Of a stretch of 64,000 nt of DNA, positions 1 through 9,898 are shown one piece after another (the first letter of the stretch is position 1; each line of letters opens with the position of its first letter). The notes beneath the pieces are model-generated. The model searched no databases and was not told the DNA's origin. It saw only the letters and a list, made by a program, of their open reading frames with translations. The DNA is from Bacteroidota bacterium (GTDB lineage: Bacteria; Bacteroidota; Bacteroidia; Palsa-965), in contig JABDAO010000001.1 in the NCBI GenBank assembly GCA_013289095.1, forward strand, positions 31,223-95,222, written 5' to 3'. The position numbers and the translations under genes are program-made.

Positions 1-2
1 CC

Positions 3-833
3 ATTGACGAGCACGGAATAAAAAATATCGCAGCTTCCATACCCGCGCCGGGTAGGTCCGTAATCCAGCTCACTTCGTCCTTCCGAACAGGCGGCAAAGA
101 ACATGATCTTTCCATCGGCCGAGAATGCCGGGGCACCTTCGTTGTAAGGGGTATTCACTTCACTCACCGGCAGCGCCGGCTGCCAAACGCTGTCCTTTTT
201 CTCGCTGCAATAAAAATCTTCCTGCGAATCTGATCCCGAAGTCCTGAAATTTCGTGTGAACAGGAACTTCTTTCCATCCACGGTGATGGCCGGAAAATAT
301 TCATGGGCCTTTGTATTGATGTTTGGCCCCATGTTCACCGGTTTAAAATCAACCGGGTGCTGCATGGCATCAATGGCAAACTTGCAATTGATCAGGTTTT
401 TTCGGGCAACCAATTCCATATCGGGATCGAGGTATGGGGCCGACAGGTATTTTTCGAAATGAGTCTTGCTGTCTTCATAGTGCCCCCTTTTCAACTCGAT
501 ATTTGCACAGGCATAAAAAGATTCCCAGTGAGGCCGGGGGTTATGTTCAAAAACCTTTTTGTATTGTTCGATGGCTTTGTCAAATTCCCGGTGGTCCACA
601 AAAATATTTGCCCGGAGTTCATATACTTCCGAAAAATCGGGGTCTTTTTTCTCTGCCTCATCGAGCAGTCCGAGGGCATCTTTGTCGTTTCCTGTTTTGT
701 AATCCTTTAAGGCATTTTCAAAGTAGTGGATCGCCTTTTCATTCATGGTCGAATACTTGCCTGGAAGCGCTGTCTGCGCATAGGAAGAAAGAAAGAGAAA
801 GAGAAAGAGAAAGAGAAAACCATTTTTCTTCAT
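3..833 (-). CDS. Secreted TPR-repeat / PD40-like repeat protein, N-terminal part only (continues past the window start)
   Basis: Reverse-strand translation from the ATG at 833-831 gives MKKNGFLFLFLFLFLSSYAQ (a signal peptide) followed by TPR-like helical repeats and PD40/TolB-like motifs (DGKKFLFTRN, SADGKIMFFAA). It stays open to position 3, so the six-frame track did not report it. The listed plus-strand ORFs at 256-941 are its shadows. Confidence 0.6.
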   Translation of the reverse strand, partial: MKKNGFLFLFLFLFLSSYAQTALPGKYSTMNEKAIHYFENALKDYKTGNDKDALGLLDEAEKKDPDFSEVYELRANIFVDHREFDKAIEQYKKVFEHNPRPHWESFYACANIELKRGHYEDSKTHFEKYLSAPYLDPDMELVARKNLINCKFAIDAMQHPVDFKPVNMGPNINTKAHEYFPAITVDGKKFLFTRNFRTSGSDSQEDFYCSEKKDSVWQPALPVSEVNTPYNEGAPAFSADGKIMFFAACSEGRSELDYGPTRRGYGSCDIFYSVLVN

Positions 834-879
834 AAAAGCTTGGATTTGAAAAATAAAATGACAAAAACCGGATCCTGGT

Positions 880-1524
880 CTAAGGAATATGCATGTATTT
901 ATGGGTCTGCAAAGAAACATTCCATTTCGGGTGGTTCATGACATATTCAACAATAATCGGCATCATTTCGGCGGCCTTGCTCCACTCTGGCTGCAAGAAA
1001 AGTTTGCATCCCGTCCGTACGAGCGCAGCATACGTCTCGCCCCATTCCAGGTCGTGTTTGTTGTGTACAATCACTTTGAGCTCATCGGCCTTCTGAAGAC
1101 ATTCAGGCAGCGGAGCGGAGGTCTTTTTGGGAGAAAGACAGATCCAATCCCAGGTTCCTGTTATCGGATAGGCGCCTGATGTTTCGAGGAATGTTGCAAT
1201 GCCCTTTTTCTTTAATCCTTCGGTGAGGCATTGCAAGGGGTACATGGCAGGTTCTCCACCGGTCACCACCACCGCCTTGGCAGGATAGGCTGCTGCATGT
1301 GCAATGATTTCATCTACGGCAGTGGGCGGGTGCAGAGCCGCATCCCAGCTTTCTTTCACGTCGCACCAATGGCAACCTACATCACATCCTCCTACGCGGA
1401 TAAAATAGGCGGCTTTGCCCGAATGGTAGCCTTCGCCCTGTATCGTATAAAACTCTTCCATCAATGGGAGCACGCTTCCATCGGGAGGTATGATCGTTTT
1501 CTTTTCTTTCACAGTAGTTGTCAT
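880..1524 (-). CDS. queE: 7-carboxy-7-deazaguanine synthase (radical SAM, queuosine pathway)
   Basis: 214 aa with a Cys cluster GGCDVGCHWCD and a VVTGGEP motif, which is typical QueE size and motif content. Confidence 0.82.
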   Translation of the reverse strand: MTTTVKEKKTIIPPDGSVLPLMEEFYTIQGEGYHSGKAAYFIRVGGCDVGCHWCDVKESWDAALHPPTAVDEIIAHAAAYPAKAVVVTGGEPAMYPLQCLTEGLKKKGIATFLETSGAYPITGTWDWICLSPKKTSAPLPECLQKADELKVIVHNKHDLEWGETYAALVRTGCKLFLQPEWSKAAEMMPIIVEYVMNHPKWNVSLQTHKYMHIP

Positions 1525-2726
1525 TCCGTTCGGTTCAATTCATTCCAGGCCGTCCAGGCCATAAGCCCCATTCCGACGGCCAGTGCATTTTCATCGATGT
1601 CAAACGTATCTGTATGCACACCCGATGTAATGCCTTTTGATTTATTTCCGGTACCCAGTCTGTAAAAACAGGCAGGAACGTGGTGCGAATAAAAGGCAAA
1701 GTCTTCGCCGGTCATACGGAGCGGAAGCTCTTCCACATTTTCCTCGCCCAGGTATTGTTGTGCATACCCGATTGCCCTGGCTGTCGTTGCTTCATCGTTT
1801 GCCAGATATGGATAGCCTGCCCTGACCTCGAAGATACAGGCTCCTCCCCGCTTCATAGCTATTGTTTCGGCTATGGACACCATTTTCGAGTGGGCTTCCT
1901 TCCTCCAGGCTTCGTTCATCGTCCTGAACGTACCTTCAATCTTTACCTCAGCCGGAATGACATTGGTGGCGCCATTGGCAATAAACCTGCCAAACGCAAG
2001 AACAGAGGGGGCCGGGATATCCTTTCCAAATACATCTTGGAGCGTGCTTACTATTTCGGCTGCAATTAGAATCGGGTTATTATAATCAGCAGGCATAGCG
2101 GCGTGACCGCCTTTGCCTACGACAGTAACATAGAGCTCATCTGTCGAGGCCATATACATACCTTTACGGAAACCCACCTTACCTGTTTCCATAGAAGGGA
2201 AAACATGCTGGGCAATAATGGAGGCCGGTACCGGATTTTCGAGAACTCCGGCCTTGATCATCAGCGATGCACCACCCGGAAGTTTTTCCTCTCCCGGTTG
2301 AAAAATAAGACGTACCGTTCCTTCAAAGCTCTCCCTTAATTCCTGAAGAATGCGTGCAGCGCCGAGCAAGGAGGCGGTATGAACGTCATGACCGCAAGCA
2401 TGCATCACCCCCGGGTTTACGGAGCAATAATCAAGGTTGTTTTTTTCCAGAATAGGCAGGGCATCCAGATCGGCACGGAGTGCGATGGTCCGAACATCCG
2501 GATTACGTCCTTTGATTTCGGCCACAATACCGGTCTCTACAATACCTGTTTGAAAGGAGATGCCATAGCCTGTCAGTATGGACGCAACATAGGCTGCTGT
2601 TTTATACTCCTCGAACGAAAGTTCGGGATGGCGATGCAGGTGCCGTCTGACAACAATAAGTTCGGGAAGAAGTTGTGAAGCACGTTGCCGGATGGCGGAG
2701 AGTATCTGTTCCACGTTATTTTCCAA
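1521..2726 (-). CDS. M20D-family amidohydrolase (N-acyl-amino acid / hippurate hydrolase-like)
   Basis: 401 aa with the metal-binding MHACGHDVH motif and M20 dimerisation-domain pattern. It overlaps queE by 4 bp. Confidence 0.85.
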   Translation of the reverse strand: MENNVEQILSAIRQRASQLLPELIVVRRHLHRHPELSFEEYKTAAYVASILTGYGISFQTGIVETGIVAEIKGRNPDVRTIALRADLDALPILEKNNLDYCSVNPGVMHACGHDVHTASLLGAARILQELRESFEGTVRLIFQPGEEKLPGGASLMIKAGVLENPVPASIIAQHVFPSMETGKVGFRKGMYMASTDELYVTVVGKGGHAAMPADYNNPILIAAEIVSTLQDVFGKDIPAPSVLAFGRFIANGATNVIPAEVKIEGTFRTMNEAWRKEAHSKMVSIAETIAMKRGGACIFEVRAGYPYLANDEATTARAIGYAQQYLGEENVEELPLRMTGEDFAFYSHHVPACFYRLGTGNKSKGITSGVHTDTFDIDENALAVGMGLMAWTAWNELNRTE

Positions 2727-3117
2727 AAAACATTTTCAGGCTTACGAGCAGCAAGAAGGAGGCAAACACTTTCTTCACTGTTTGCTGATCGAGCGAGATG
2801 CTGATCTTCGATCCGATATAGCCTCCAACTACAAAAGTCGCCGCAATAACAAGCGTAGAAGGAATGTTCACATACCCTCCCTTATAATAATTCATGACCG
2901 CCAAAAAACCTGCAGGAAGGAGCAATACAGCCAGTGAAGTTCCCTGTGCATTGAGCTGCGAATAACCCAGAAAAAGCACCAGGGCAGGAACAATGATAAG
3001 GCCCCCGCCAATTCCAACCATTCCGCTCAGGATGCCCGAAGCAAGACCGATAAGCAGCAGGAGCAAGAGAGAAGTAGTATCCATAGCACGTTTTTTCATC
3101 GTCTGAAGGCGGATCAA
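2716..3117 (-). CDS. Small TauE/SafE (DUF81)-like membrane protein
   Basis: 133 aa, four predicted TM helices, a Gly-rich GMVGIGGGLIIVPALVLF motif. Its ATG overlaps the upstream stop as ATGA. Confidence 0.55.
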   Translation of the reverse strand: MIRLQTMKKRAMDTTSLLLLLLIGLASGILSGMVGIGGGLIIVPALVLFLGYSQLNAQGTSLAVLLLPAGFLAVMNYYKGGYVNIPSTLVIAATFVVGGYIGSKISISLDQQTVKKVFASFLLLVSLKMFFGK

Positions 3118-6100
3118 AAATCCTGTGAAAGCGATAAGTAGGTAATGCGTGGAAGGACCACACCATCCTCCACACCCCGTGCAAAGTCAAGTCTTACGAA
3201 ATAACCAAAGATGCGTGTCCGGAACCCGATTCCAAAACCTTCAACAATGGGGTTCTCATGGTTTTGGATCGTCACGGTGATGGGCATACCGGCATTTCCG
3301 CCAACAATGGTGGTATTGAGTGAGTTTTCGGCCGAATAGGGCGAAGCCCCGTTCCAGGCTGTTCCCGCATCGGCAAAAAGGATGACCTGGAAATTATTGA
3401 TGAAATCAGAACGGATCGGGCGGCTGATGAGGTATTTAAAAATAGGCCAGCGGATTTCTTCGTTCAAAAGCACATAGGAATTCCCGTTCCGGATGTTCTG
3501 ATAAAAACCGCGCATGGGTGTGGCAACGGTCTGAAAACCATAGTTCTGATCATCCGCAATCCGAACCGAGTGATCAAACTGAGGGTTGAACCAATTGTCG
3601 ACCCCACCCATGTAATAGATCAGTTTTTCGGCCCCGGTCGAAGTGCTTCCCGAAAGACGGCTGGCCCAGATCAGATCGCGGTGTATCTTTTGATAATACC
3701 TGAAATCGGCCCCGATCACGGTCATATCCGTTGCTTTGGCATCCACTTGTTTATAATATTCATAAAATATCTTAAAGCGCAAACCGTTATAGAGGTTCAG
3801 ACCTTTGTTCAGTGTATTGTCGAATACATAGGTCAGGTTACCGATGGCCCAGTTATCGTATTCCTGCGGACGGGTCAGACTGATGTCATCCGACGCAAGA
3901 TAGACCGTCTGATCGTTTCGGTAGGTAAGGCTGCCCTGTATCCTGCTTACTTCGCTGAATGGCCAGCGCAGGCGATAGATGGCTTCGTTGGTGTGAATCT
4001 TGATCAGGGAGCCATCGTCGGCGGTGACATCAAGCAGGGATTCGCGGTGAAAGACAAATTGTTTATCCAGTCGATTTGTCCTGTCGTCGTAGCTCAGGAT
4101 ATACTCGTTGCTGCTAAGATCGCCGGCAATACGCACTCCCCCTACAATCTTATGATCCTCGAGCAGATCGGTCATGCCAATTTTAAACAACCCGTCAATG
4201 CCGGGGTTGGTATACACCGGGCTGCCCCCCCCACTGAATTTCTGATAGCTTGCATTCAGAAAACTGTTATCAAGCTGTGTCACCACATATTCGGTGGTAT
4301 ACTGGATTTTATAGTTACGCTGAAGCGGGAGGATAAAATCATCTTTCGGCAAGAGGTGTTTGATTGAATCACGGCGGGCCGAGGTATCTTTTACCATTTC
4401 CGGATTTTTTAAGACGAGGCCGGGAGAGGTATCCTTTTTCTTCGTTTTATCAAAGTTGTAATTATTGATATTTACATTGCTTGTATCTTTCGAAGGCCCG
4501 TATTCGGTTACGTGTACAGTAACCTTCTCCATACCTCCCGCAGGTTTGGAAGGCGCCGGGGCTTCTGCTTTGGCGGCGTTTTTCTTGGCAGCAGCCGAGT
4601 CGGCCGAACTGGTGACTTTAGGCACCCGGAGGCTTTCATTGCGGAAAGGGGTTGTCTTGAGTTTCAGCCCTGCCGGTGGGAATGTCTGCTCATCAATGGG
4701 GCGTATATACATATGGTACTTCCCGTTTGAAAAAACCACTTCTGCATATTTGCCTGCTTTCAGGCTGACATCCTGTTCGATGATATTCCGCCGGTAGTTG
4801 GTTACCGGAACAGAGCTTACAAAATAATTGTAATGAGCTGCCGTATCGACATACGCAATGGTGCTGTCGAAATGCCCTACATACCGGTTCATCACCCCGT
4901 TCGCATCACTCAGGTAGGTGAACCGCTCTCCGTCAAAATCGGAGGGCATGACCTCATTTATTTTTGGCGTACGGGTAACACGGTAAAGTACGTTCGATTT
5001 TGTTTTGGTATTGTAGATAAACAGATCGGTAAAATGGCTCAGGTTGGTTTTGGGATCCTCCATATTACCCCGCAGGGTATCATTTACCCGGTTGGAAGAA
5101 AAAATGATCTGGGTTGATTTATTGATAAAGCGTGGATGCAGGTCGTCATAAATATCCTTGGTGATCTGTTCTGAATTATTTCCGGCAATGGAATAAATAT
5201 AAATATCACTTTGTCCCTTTTGCATGGCCGACATAACCATTTTCTTGCCCTCGTCATCGTATGACATATCGAGCACCTTATCGAAATTGTCGAGGGGCCG
5301 GCTTTCCTTTTCCCCGGTTTCGAGGGTGTAAAAGGTCAGAAAGGTACGGCCGTTTACTTCAGACACATAGGCAAACAGTTTGCCCGAAGGGTGCCAGGCG
5401 ATGATGGGGTAAGTGTAATCATTGATCCGATCGAGCTTGTGCCCGTATTTGAGGATCCTTTTCTTTTTTCCCTTTTCAATATCATAGAGCCAGAATTTCA
5501 CCTTACCCATTTCGTTGGTGACATAGGTGTAATATTTTCCATCAGGACTCAGTTTTAACTGACTGTAAACCCTGGCTGCTTTCACCTTTTTGGGTCTGAG
5601 CAGTTCGGGATCTTTGGGTTGAACCGCGGTGGTATCCGAATATTTGTACCGGTCGGAATAGTAGTTGATCCAGTCGGCAGTCAGGTTCTTGGTCGACACT
5701 CCGAGCACAAAAAGGAATGAGCTCTCGATATTGCGGCTCACCTTGGTCATGTACAGAATATTTGAGACCACGCCTTCACCATAGGTTTCCACAATGTAGT
5801 TCCAGATACTTTGCCCGGCTAGCGTTGCATCATCGCCTGTGAGACGATTGAATATTTTATACCTGCCGCTCAAAATACCATCCTTCACCCTGTTATCCAC
5901 ATCGGTATTCCACTTGCGGGAGGAATAAGCAATGAAGCCTTTTGTATACCACTCAGGCAGATTGAGCAGGGTCGAATTTTTGAGCATATCTTTCAAGGCG
6001 CCTCCGTACATCATATCGTTAAACAAGACTTCGCTGATCCCAGCCTTGATCTGCTCATCAAGCTTGACGTGATCTCCATCGAAATAAACGAACACTTTAC

Positions 6101-6488
6101 GGCCCACAATATGGGTTACACCGCCCACATTCGCTTGCCCGTCGCCTTCCAGGCCTATATTGCTTTGCCGGTATTCTTCGTATTTATTGTAAATGATGAA
6201 CTGGATCTTCTCTTCGGTGGAATGGTCCATAAACTTTTCGACCTCGTCCAGGTATTTCTTCGCTGCATGAGCCGTATAGATTGCAACCTCTCTTCCGCCT
6301 ACGTTGAAATAGGTTTCGAACCGATCGAATTTATAAACCGACCAGATAAAATCTTTGAACTGTAACCTGTTCTTTCCAAAATCCTGCTGGGAACCACTGT
6401 AAAACTGGGCATGAATAAAAGAGGAAGAAAAAAGCAAGAGAAACAGGAACAGGCGGGAAGGTGCGCTTTTTTTAGGATGAAAAATCAT
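3114..6488 (-). CDS. Outer-membrane protein: N-terminal PD40/TolB-like beta-propeller fused to a C-terminal Omp85 (BamA/TamA-type) beta-barrel
   Basis: Signal peptide MIFHPKKSAPSRLFLFLLLFSSSFIHAQ from the ATG at 6488 (the listed ORF start at 6614 is probably upstream of the true start). PD40-like blades (LSPDGKYYTYV, WHPSGKLFAYV). An Ala/Pro-rich linker. A C-terminal ~400 aa with Omp85-like barrel motifs ending LSLSQDF, a terminal aromatic. Confidence 0.7.
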   Translation of the reverse strand: MIFHPKKSAPSRLFLFLLLFSSSFIHAQFYSGSQQDFGKNRLQFKDFIWSVYKFDRFETYFNVGGREVAIYTAHAAKKYLDEVEKFMDHSTEEKIQFIIYNKYEEYRQSNIGLEGDGQANVGGVTHIVGRKVFVYFDGDHVKLDEQIKAGISEVLFNDMMYGGALKDMLKNSTLLNLPEWYTKGFIAYSSRKWNTDVDNRVKDGILSGRYKIFNRLTGDDATLAGQSIWNYIVETYGEGVVSNILYMTKVSRNIESSFLFVLGVSTKNLTADWINYYSDRYKYSDTTAVQPKDPELLRPKKVKAARVYSQLKLSPDGKYYTYVTNEMGKVKFWLYDIEKGKKKRILKYGHKLDRINDYTYPIIAWHPSGKLFAYVSEVNGRTFLTFYTLETGEKESRPLDNFDKVLDMSYDDEGKKMVMSAMQKGQSDIYIYSIAGNNSEQITKDIYDDLHPRFINKSTQIIFSSNRVNDTLRGNMEDPKTNLSHFTDLFIYNTKTKSNVLYRVTRTPKINEVMPSDFDGERFTYLSDANGVMNRYVGHFDSTIAYVDTAAHYNYFVSSVPVTNYRRNIIEQDVSLKAGKYAEVVFSNGKYHMYIRPIDEQTFPPAGLKLKTTPFRNESLRVPKVTSSADSAAAKKNAAKAEAPAPSKPAGGMEKVTVHVTEYGPSKDTSNVNINNYNFDKTKKKDTSPGLVLKNPEMVKDTSARRDSIKHLLPKDDFILPLQRNYKIQYTTEYVVTQLDNSFLNASYQKFSGGGSPVYTNPGIDGLFKIGMTDLLEDHKIVGGVRIAGDLSSNEYILSYDDRTNRLDKQFVFHRESLLDVTADDGSLIKIHTNEAIYRLRWPFSEVSRIQGSLTYRNDQTVYLASDDISLTRPQEYDNWAIGNLTYVFDNTLNKGLNLYNGLRFKIFYEYYKQVDAKATDMTVIGADFRYYQKIHRDLIWASRLSGSTSTGAEKLIYYMGGVDNWFNPQFDHSVRIADDQNYGFQTVATPMRGFYQNIRNGNSYVLLNEEIRWPIFKYLISRPIRSDFINNFQVILFADAGTAWNGASPYSAENSLNTTIVGGNAGMPITVTIQNHENPIVEGFGIGFRTRIFGYFVRLDFARGVEDGVVLPRITYLSLSQDF

Positions 6489-6722
6489 GGAAAGAGATGT
6501 GTACTGAATGCGAATGCGTTGCATACTCCCGATTTGAATTTCCTGTTTAGATTTCAAGAAAGCTAATTTACGGATGTTTGCCAGATTATCTCCTAATATC
6601 TGGCTAGAAAACATGTATTCCAGCCGATTGGGGAGAGATCGTCAAGCCCTGACCATGCCTCCCCTCGTCAACAAACACCGGGTGCCGAAACAATTCGTTA
6701 TTTTTGCGGCAAAACCGGTAAA

Positions 6723-7364
6723 ATGATAGCAATTCACTCCTTTTGTTTTTGTCCATTCCAGGAAAACACCTATATCCTTTCTGATGATACAAAGGCATGT
6801 ATTGTGATAGACCCAGGCTGTTATGACGACCGGGAGCTGAATGAACTGACGGAATACATCCATTCCAGGGGCCTCATCCCCACCCATCTGCTCAATACCC
6901 ATTGTCATATCGACCATGTTTTTGGCAATAAATTTGTGGCTGATCAGTATAAACTGGATCTGTCTATACACCGGAAAGACCTTACTACACTCGGATCATT
7001 GATGCAGGTGGCTGCCATCTATCAACTCAATGCCGAACCTTCGCCTCAACCCACGCATTTCCTGGACGAAGGCGACCGGGTACAATTTGGCGACAGCGTT
7101 CTGGATATTGTCTTTACCCCGGGCCATTCGCCCGGAAGCATTTGTTTTATCAGCCATGCTCAAAAATTTGTGATCGGGGGCGATGTGCTCTTCCGCGAAA
7201 GCATCGGCCGTACCGATCTTCCGGGCGGGAAACATGCCGATCTGATCAACAGCATCCGACAAAAACTCTTTACTCTGGGAGATGACTATACGGTCTACTC
7301 AGGCCATGGGCCAGCCACGACAATCGGTCATGAGAAAAAGCACAATCCGTTTTTAAAAGCGTAG
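6723..7364 (+). CDS. MBL-fold metallo-hydrolase (glyoxalase II-like)
   Basis: HCHIDHV (the HxHxDH motif), 213 aa. Confidence 0.8.
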   Translation: MIAIHSFCFCPFQENTYILSDDTKACIVIDPGCYDDRELNELTEYIHSRGLIPTHLLNTHCHIDHVFGNKFVADQYKLDLSIHRKDLTTLGSLMQVAAIYQLNAEPSPQPTHFLDEGDRVQFGDSVLDIVFTPGHSPGSICFISHAQKFVIGGDVLFRESIGRTDLPGGKHADLINSIRQKLFTLGDDYTVYSGHGPATTIGHEKKHNPFLKA

Positions 7365-7403
7365 GCATTAAAAGGCACGGCGGCCCGATCGAATTGATCT
7401 TGT

Positions 7404-8492
7404 TCAGGCAGGAATCGTCTTCATTTCCTGTAGGCTTTTCAGGCCTTTTTCCAATTCGGCTGCGAATTTCAGAATTTCATCACCCGTATGCTGCCCCATG
7501 ATAGCTATCTGAAGCTGGTTCCTCACCTTGAGGTAACCGCTGTTGTAACTGGTTTCAATCCCGGCCTTTTTAATCAGATCACCCAGTTCGGAAGCATTGA
7601 TCCCCTTTCCGGGAATGATGGTAGTAATATGCGAGTAAAAACGGTAGTCTTGATTGACAACCGTGATGTCTTTTATTTTCAGCACTTTTTCGAGCAACAG
7701 TTTCGAAAGCTCTTCCACCTTCTCAGTCTGGCTTTGACGGAGCGAGTACTCAACGGCCTTGTTCAGGGCCATGACCAGGTTTGAGGAAATGGTGAAGGGA
7801 ATACCTCCGTTTTTAAAGTAATGCCCCAGATCAAGATAGGAAGGAATGGCGGGGTTGGGTTCGAGTTCGGAACGGGTAAATACAATGGCTATACCTGCAA
7901 ACGAGGCCAGGCCCTTCCCGCTCGAACAGGTGGCCATAAAAATATCTTCCAGCCTAAGCGGGATATTCCCGATGGTGCTCATCGCATCGACACATACATT
8001 TATCCGGTATTTATTACCGAGTGCGCAGAGTGCGTCAAGATCGGCAACACATCCTGTTGACGATTCACAATGTGTAAAGAGCATCCAGCCTATTTCCGTT
8101 GCCTGTTTCAAAACATTTTCCACCAGGGCCAGATCATGTTCCTGCCCCCATTCTTTGCGGCAGACCTCAAAATCGGCCCCTTGTTTTTCGGCTTGCTGGA
8201 TCAGGCGGTTTCCAAACTCTCCGTTGGTGAGGATCAGGCCTTTTTTACCCGAATGCTTGAGTTGGGCAATCATGGCCTCGTTGGCCAGGGTGCCCGAACC
8301 GGTCATAAAAACAACGTGTTTGGCGCCGGTGGAGCTACAGATTTTATGCTCCAGATTTTTAAAGGCTGCGACAAAATCATCGGCACGGTGAGATACCGGC
8401 ATACGCCCGAATATTTCCCTGACATCGGGAGGAATAAAAATGGGTCCGGTGGTAAGGTTAATCGATTCTGAATTTTTCTGCATAACGCTCAA
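7404..8492 (-). CDS. Class V (serine-pyruvate / alanine-glyoxylate type) PLP aminotransferase
   Basis: 362 aa with the fold-type I class V pattern (TGSGTLANEAM near the N-terminus, an SSGKGL lysine region). Confidence 0.7.
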   Translation of the reverse strand: MSVMQKNSESINLTTGPIFIPPDVREIFGRMPVSHRADDFVAAFKNLEHKICSSTGAKHVVFMTGSGTLANEAMIAQLKHSGKKGLILTNGEFGNRLIQQAEKQGADFEVCRKEWGQEHDLALVENVLKQATEIGWMLFTHCESSTGCVADLDALCALGNKYRINVCVDAMSTIGNIPLRLEDIFMATCSSGKGLASFAGIAIVFTRSELEPNPAIPSYLDLGHYFKNGGIPFTISSNLVMALNKAVEYSLRQSQTEKVEELSKLLLEKVLKIKDITVVNQDYRFYSHITTIIPGKGINASELGDLIKKAGIETSYNSGYLKVRNQLQIAIMGQHTGDEILKFAAELEKGLKSLQEMKTIPA

Positions 8493-9003
8493 TAAATTTA
8501 TTCACGTCGAGGTACATGGGTTGATAAAGGGCATCCTCTTTCCCGATGAGTTTATAAAACCCGCAGAACCCTATCTTTTCGTAGAGCTTAATCTGCCTGG
8601 TTGTACCCGATATCAGGACAAGATTGTATTCGAGGTCATACCCCCATTCCACGATTTTCTTTGCCAGCAAAAAGAACACCTTTCCTCCCCGGTTCGAAGG
8701 CTTCACCGAAAGAAGCCGGATCTCGAGGGCCTTCTGAAACGGAGGCAGGTGTTGTTCAATCTCAGGGATTTTAAGATCCAGAGAAAAAGGCCGCTGATCA
8801 TTGATGGCCACCATACCTATAAGCTCTCCCCGGCACATAGCCACGATATATTTGTTTTTCTCGTGGAGCTTGTCAATCAATATTTTTCGGCCATTTGACT
8901 CATGCTGAGGTATTTCCTCCACAAAAGTCTCATAATTTAGCTTATGGACCTGGGCTAATTCGTCTTCCGTTTCGGCAAACTTAACGGTAATCTGATCTTT
9001 CAT
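8458..9003 (-). CDS. GNAT-family N-acetyltransferase
   Basis: 181 aa with an acetyl-CoA-binding-like motif (RGGKVFFLLAKK). It overlaps the downstream aminotransferase by 35 bp. Confidence 0.6.
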   Translation of the reverse strand: MKDQITVKFAETEDELAQVHKLNYETFVEEIPQHESNGRKILIDKLHEKNKYIVAMCRGELIGMVAINDQRPFSLDLKIPEIEQHLPPFQKALEIRLLSVKPSNRGGKVFFLLAKKIVEWGYDLEYNLVLISGTTRQIKLYEKIGFCGFYKLIGKEDALYQPMYLDVNKFIERYAEKFRID

Positions 9004-9090
9004 CTTCTAATATACTCTTTCTGAAACAGTAAATCAAACTGGGTCTGACTCTTGAATCTGATGATGGTTTAATAACTTTAATATCATCTT

Positions 9091-9336
9091 TTGCTTAAAC
9101 ACAAATATAGAAATTCTATGAATAGTATAAAACCAGGACTTTACCGTCACTACAAAGGAAAAGACTACGAAATCATCGGAATCGCCCGGCACAGCGAAAC
9201 GCTGGAAGAGTTTGCGGTGTATAAAGCGCTCTATCAGACCGAAGGACAAAACCTCTGGATCAGACCCATACAAATGTTCTCAGATATGGTGAAGGTTGAA
9301 GGGGTTGAACAACCCCGGTTTCGGTTTCTGGGTTAA
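9091..9336 (+). CDS. DUF1653-like small protein
   Basis: The GLYRHYKGKDYEIIG motif is characteristic of DUF1653. The true start may be the MNSIKPG Met at 9118. Confidence 0.5.
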   Translation: MLKHKYRNSMNSIKPGLYRHYKGKDYEIIGIARHSETLEEFAVYKALYQTEGQNLWIRPIQMFSDMVKVEGVEQPRFRFLG

Positions 9337-9565
9337 ACATGTGGCTTTACCTGGAAGCATGGGGCAGACCATCCGACGACGAGAACGAATTCTTTGAATG
9401 TGGGCATTTGCGCTGGTTGATAGAACGCGGATTATTAGGATGGTTATGATCTTTTAAGATTTCAGTGTAAATCATTTTTTATCATTGCAATCCTAATCAT
9501 TTGCGTTCTATCCTTTAGTAGTATACCCCACTCTTTTGGCCCCTTTTTCACAAAGCCCACTACCA

Positions 9566-9898
9566 TTACCCCGCTTGCTCCTGGCTCCCCGGCTCTTTTG
9601 CATATCCGTTTATCTCCAACACAATGGCCTTGCCTATTTCATCCAGCCCGTCTTTAATTGTGAGCAATGCTCCAAGTCTCAACTGTTTTCCAAACCCTAC
9701 AGGCGCTTCCAGCACGCCAGGTATGACCACCTGTTCTCCCTGTAGAATCTCTTTTTTATATACCTCGAGCTGCAGTGTTGTGCAATAGCCCTTGGTATCG
9801 ATGATATAGACTTGGGGGCGATAGATGCCAAAAATGGGTTTCTTTCTGAAACTCTCAAAAAGAAGGGTAACCTTCAGAAGGCCTTTGGTATAGATCAT
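9566..9898 (-). CDS. Hypothetical 110-aa protein translationally coupled to kmo
   Basis: Its ATG overlaps the kmo stop as ATGA at 9898. I recognised no family for it. Confidence 0.4.
   Translation of the reverse strand: MIYTKGLLKVTLLFESFRKKPIFGIYRPQVYIIDTKGYCTTLQLEVYKKEILQGEQVVIPGVLEAPVGFGKQLRLGALLTIKDGLDEIGKAIVLEINGYAKEPGSQEQAG

Noticed and set aside
256-941. Plus-strand ORFs 256-462, 303-710, 434-835, 726-941 as genes
   Set aside because: They overlap a continuous, well-formed minus-strand frame (ATG at 833, signal peptide plus TPR repeats) that runs off the window edge. They are shadow ORFs.
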